From the NCBI RefSeq assembly GCF_035594765.1, contig NC_085846.1, positions 10,155,190 to 10,219,189 of the forward strand: 64,000 nucleotides of DNA, written 5' to 3'. The notes under the pieces are model-generated. The model did no database searches. It saw only the letters and a program-made list of their open reading frames with translations, and had not been told where the DNA came from. This DNA is from Anolis carolinensis. Taxonomy: Eukaryota. Positions 62,801-64,000 of this stretch are shown here, piece by piece. Position 1 is the first letter of the stretch; each line of letters opens with the position of its first letter. A program made the translations under genes and the position numbers.

Positions 62801-63381
62801 CAGGCAATATTTTTTTCCTAGCTTGCTTAGGGAAAGTTAACAAAAAGCAAATTCAGGGTCTGTAGGGATTGAATTCTCCTAGAAATCCTGTTGTTTTAAA
62901 CTCTTAATTCTGTGGGTGAAAACTTACCTGTGAAAACTTATAGGCGCACAGGATATCAGCCATGAAAAGACAGATCTCAGAACTAGGTCCCCCAATGACG
63001 GCTGCTAGGTTGTCTTGGGCGTCACATTTGTAGTTAGGGAAAAAATTGTCCCAGGTAGAAAGGAGTTCCATTGAAGCACGATAGGTAAAGTCAGCAAGGA
63101 AATTACTGTTGTAAATGAAGAATCCCAATGTGATGTTGGGTAAGATAAGGGAATTTTCATTGATCTCCTTAATGGCAAAAATCAAGGCCAGGATGTGTTG
63201 GTAGTTGTGAGAAAACACTCTGAAATAACAGTAACAGCACATTTCTATTTCAGATTAATACACATTTTCTATTTGCATTGCACTAAAATACATTGAAGAA
63301 TGTCTGACTATAGATACAGAAAAATGGGCTTGAGCCTTCTACAAATATACAGTCAAACAGTGAGGATCAGAAATAATGTGT

Positions 63382-63412
<31 letters not shown>

Positions 63413-63414
63413 CC

Positions 63415-63446
<32 letters not shown>

Positions 63447-64000
63447 CATCATCACTATGTCGTGCTTTATCTCTCTAAAAAGGGACCCCAAAGCACTAAA
63501 AACAATGCAATGTACAAATGTGGGATGATATTTATTTCTAGATTTCTTTTTCAAAGGTAGAAATAAAACCTTGAATAACTCATAAAGACTTTCACAGATC
63601 ATTACTAAATTTGTAAATAGTTCTCACATGGCATTTTTTGTGCAGACAACTACATTTTTGTGCAGGAACCTACATTTCGAGTTTCTGTACAGAAAATGCT
63701 ACAACATAATCGTTTTTTGTATAAAGCAATGTCCATATTTGTAAGTCTTACATCAAGTAAGTCCCATATGAAAAACAAGCACTTTTAAAAAACATTTTTC
63801 TATATTTTCTAATATTTTTTCCCTTTTTAATTTAAACCAGTTCCAACATATAACAACTGAATTTTTAACAGATCCCAACCTCACTTATGTCTGAAGTATT
63901 GCATGAAATAATTTGGGGGGCGGGGGCGGGAGGGGAACCAAATTCATACATCGTATCTCCTTGAGATTTCTCAGCAGGATTTTGTCTAAAGGATATCTCT
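55643..64000 (-). CDS. V2R gene F (5' end beyond right edge), 10-aa deletion in intracellular loop 3
   Basis: Exons 63950->64000, 62928-63219, 60786-61631, 58914-59141, 57891-58017, 55643-56514 (872 nt = 902 minus 30); frame intact within the window. Confidence 0.88.
56787..57440 (-). mobile_element. L2 3' fragment with (AAC)n tail
   Basis: [29 protein letters not shown], homologous to the L2 frame at 20291. Confidence 0.82.
57891..58017 (-). CDS. V2R gene F exon 5
   Basis: 127 nt, TAG/GTAAG. Confidence 0.9.
58288..58405 (-). mobile_element. CR1 3' end fragment
   Basis: agaatcatagaat tail and CR1 3' UTR stem; gcctt flanking duplication; absent in D and E. Confidence 0.85.
58914..59141 (-). 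CDS. V2R gene F exon 4
   Basis: 228 nt, TAG/GTAGG. Confidence 0.9.
59430..59898 (+). mobile_element. Rex1/Babar fragment with (TTCTA)n tail (paralog of 35444)
   Basis: Same junctions as in D. Confidence 0.78.
60786..61631 (-). CDS. V2R gene F exon 3
   Basis: 846 nt, AAG/GTAAT. Confidence 0.9.
62928..63219 (-). CDS. V2R gene F exon 2
   Basis: 292 nt, CAG/GTAAG. Confidence 0.9.
63381..63455. repeat. (ATC)n microsatellite in intron 1 (shorter at 39450 and 51570)
   Basis: About 24 units with two CAC interruptions. Confidence 0.95.
63950..64000 (-). CDS. V2R gene F exon 1, 3' end
   Basis: [17 protein letters not shown], same as gene E; GTATG donor. Confidence 0.88.

Noticed and set aside
63300-63602. 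Poly-His and poly-Met ORFs (also poly-Ile, poly-Tyr and poly-Leu ORFs at 45186, 45213 and 33075)
   Set aside because: Translations of (ATC)n and (TAA)n microsatellites.
1-64000. CRISPR array or prokaryotic operon
   Set aside because: The sequence is vertebrate, with spliceosomal introns and SINEs/LINEs; there is no repeat-spacer periodicity.

Overview
Eukaryotic DNA from a squamate reptile, most likely an Anolis lizard judging by the Sauria SINEs and the accompanying repeats. The window is a head-to-tail tandem cluster of vomeronasal type-2 receptor (V2R, class C GPCR) genes, all on the minus strand with the six-coding-exon layout (about 260/292/846/228/127/902 nt, phases 2-0-0-0-1). Gene A has only exons 1-2 and runs off the left edge. 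B (3705-15448), C (17983-27945, divergent type) and D (31580-40193) are intact. E (44020-52356) has a +1 frameshift in a homopolymer at the end of exon 3. F (55643->64000) has an in-frame 30-nt deletion of the conserved [10 protein letters not shown] third-intracellular-loop motif and a C-derived conversion tract. B, D, E and F are recent ~12-kb duplicates with a mosaic history, and the D-E and E-F spacers keep exon-less remnants of a deleted C-type gene. Introns and spacers carry CR1, L1, L2, Rex1, R4/Dong and DIRS/Ngaro relics, several SINE families and MITEs. Penelope fragments there carry minimal hammerhead-ribozyme cores, two of them apparently intact. Exon coordinates were read by eye from splice signals and frame arithmetic; repeat family names come from recognition, not a database search.
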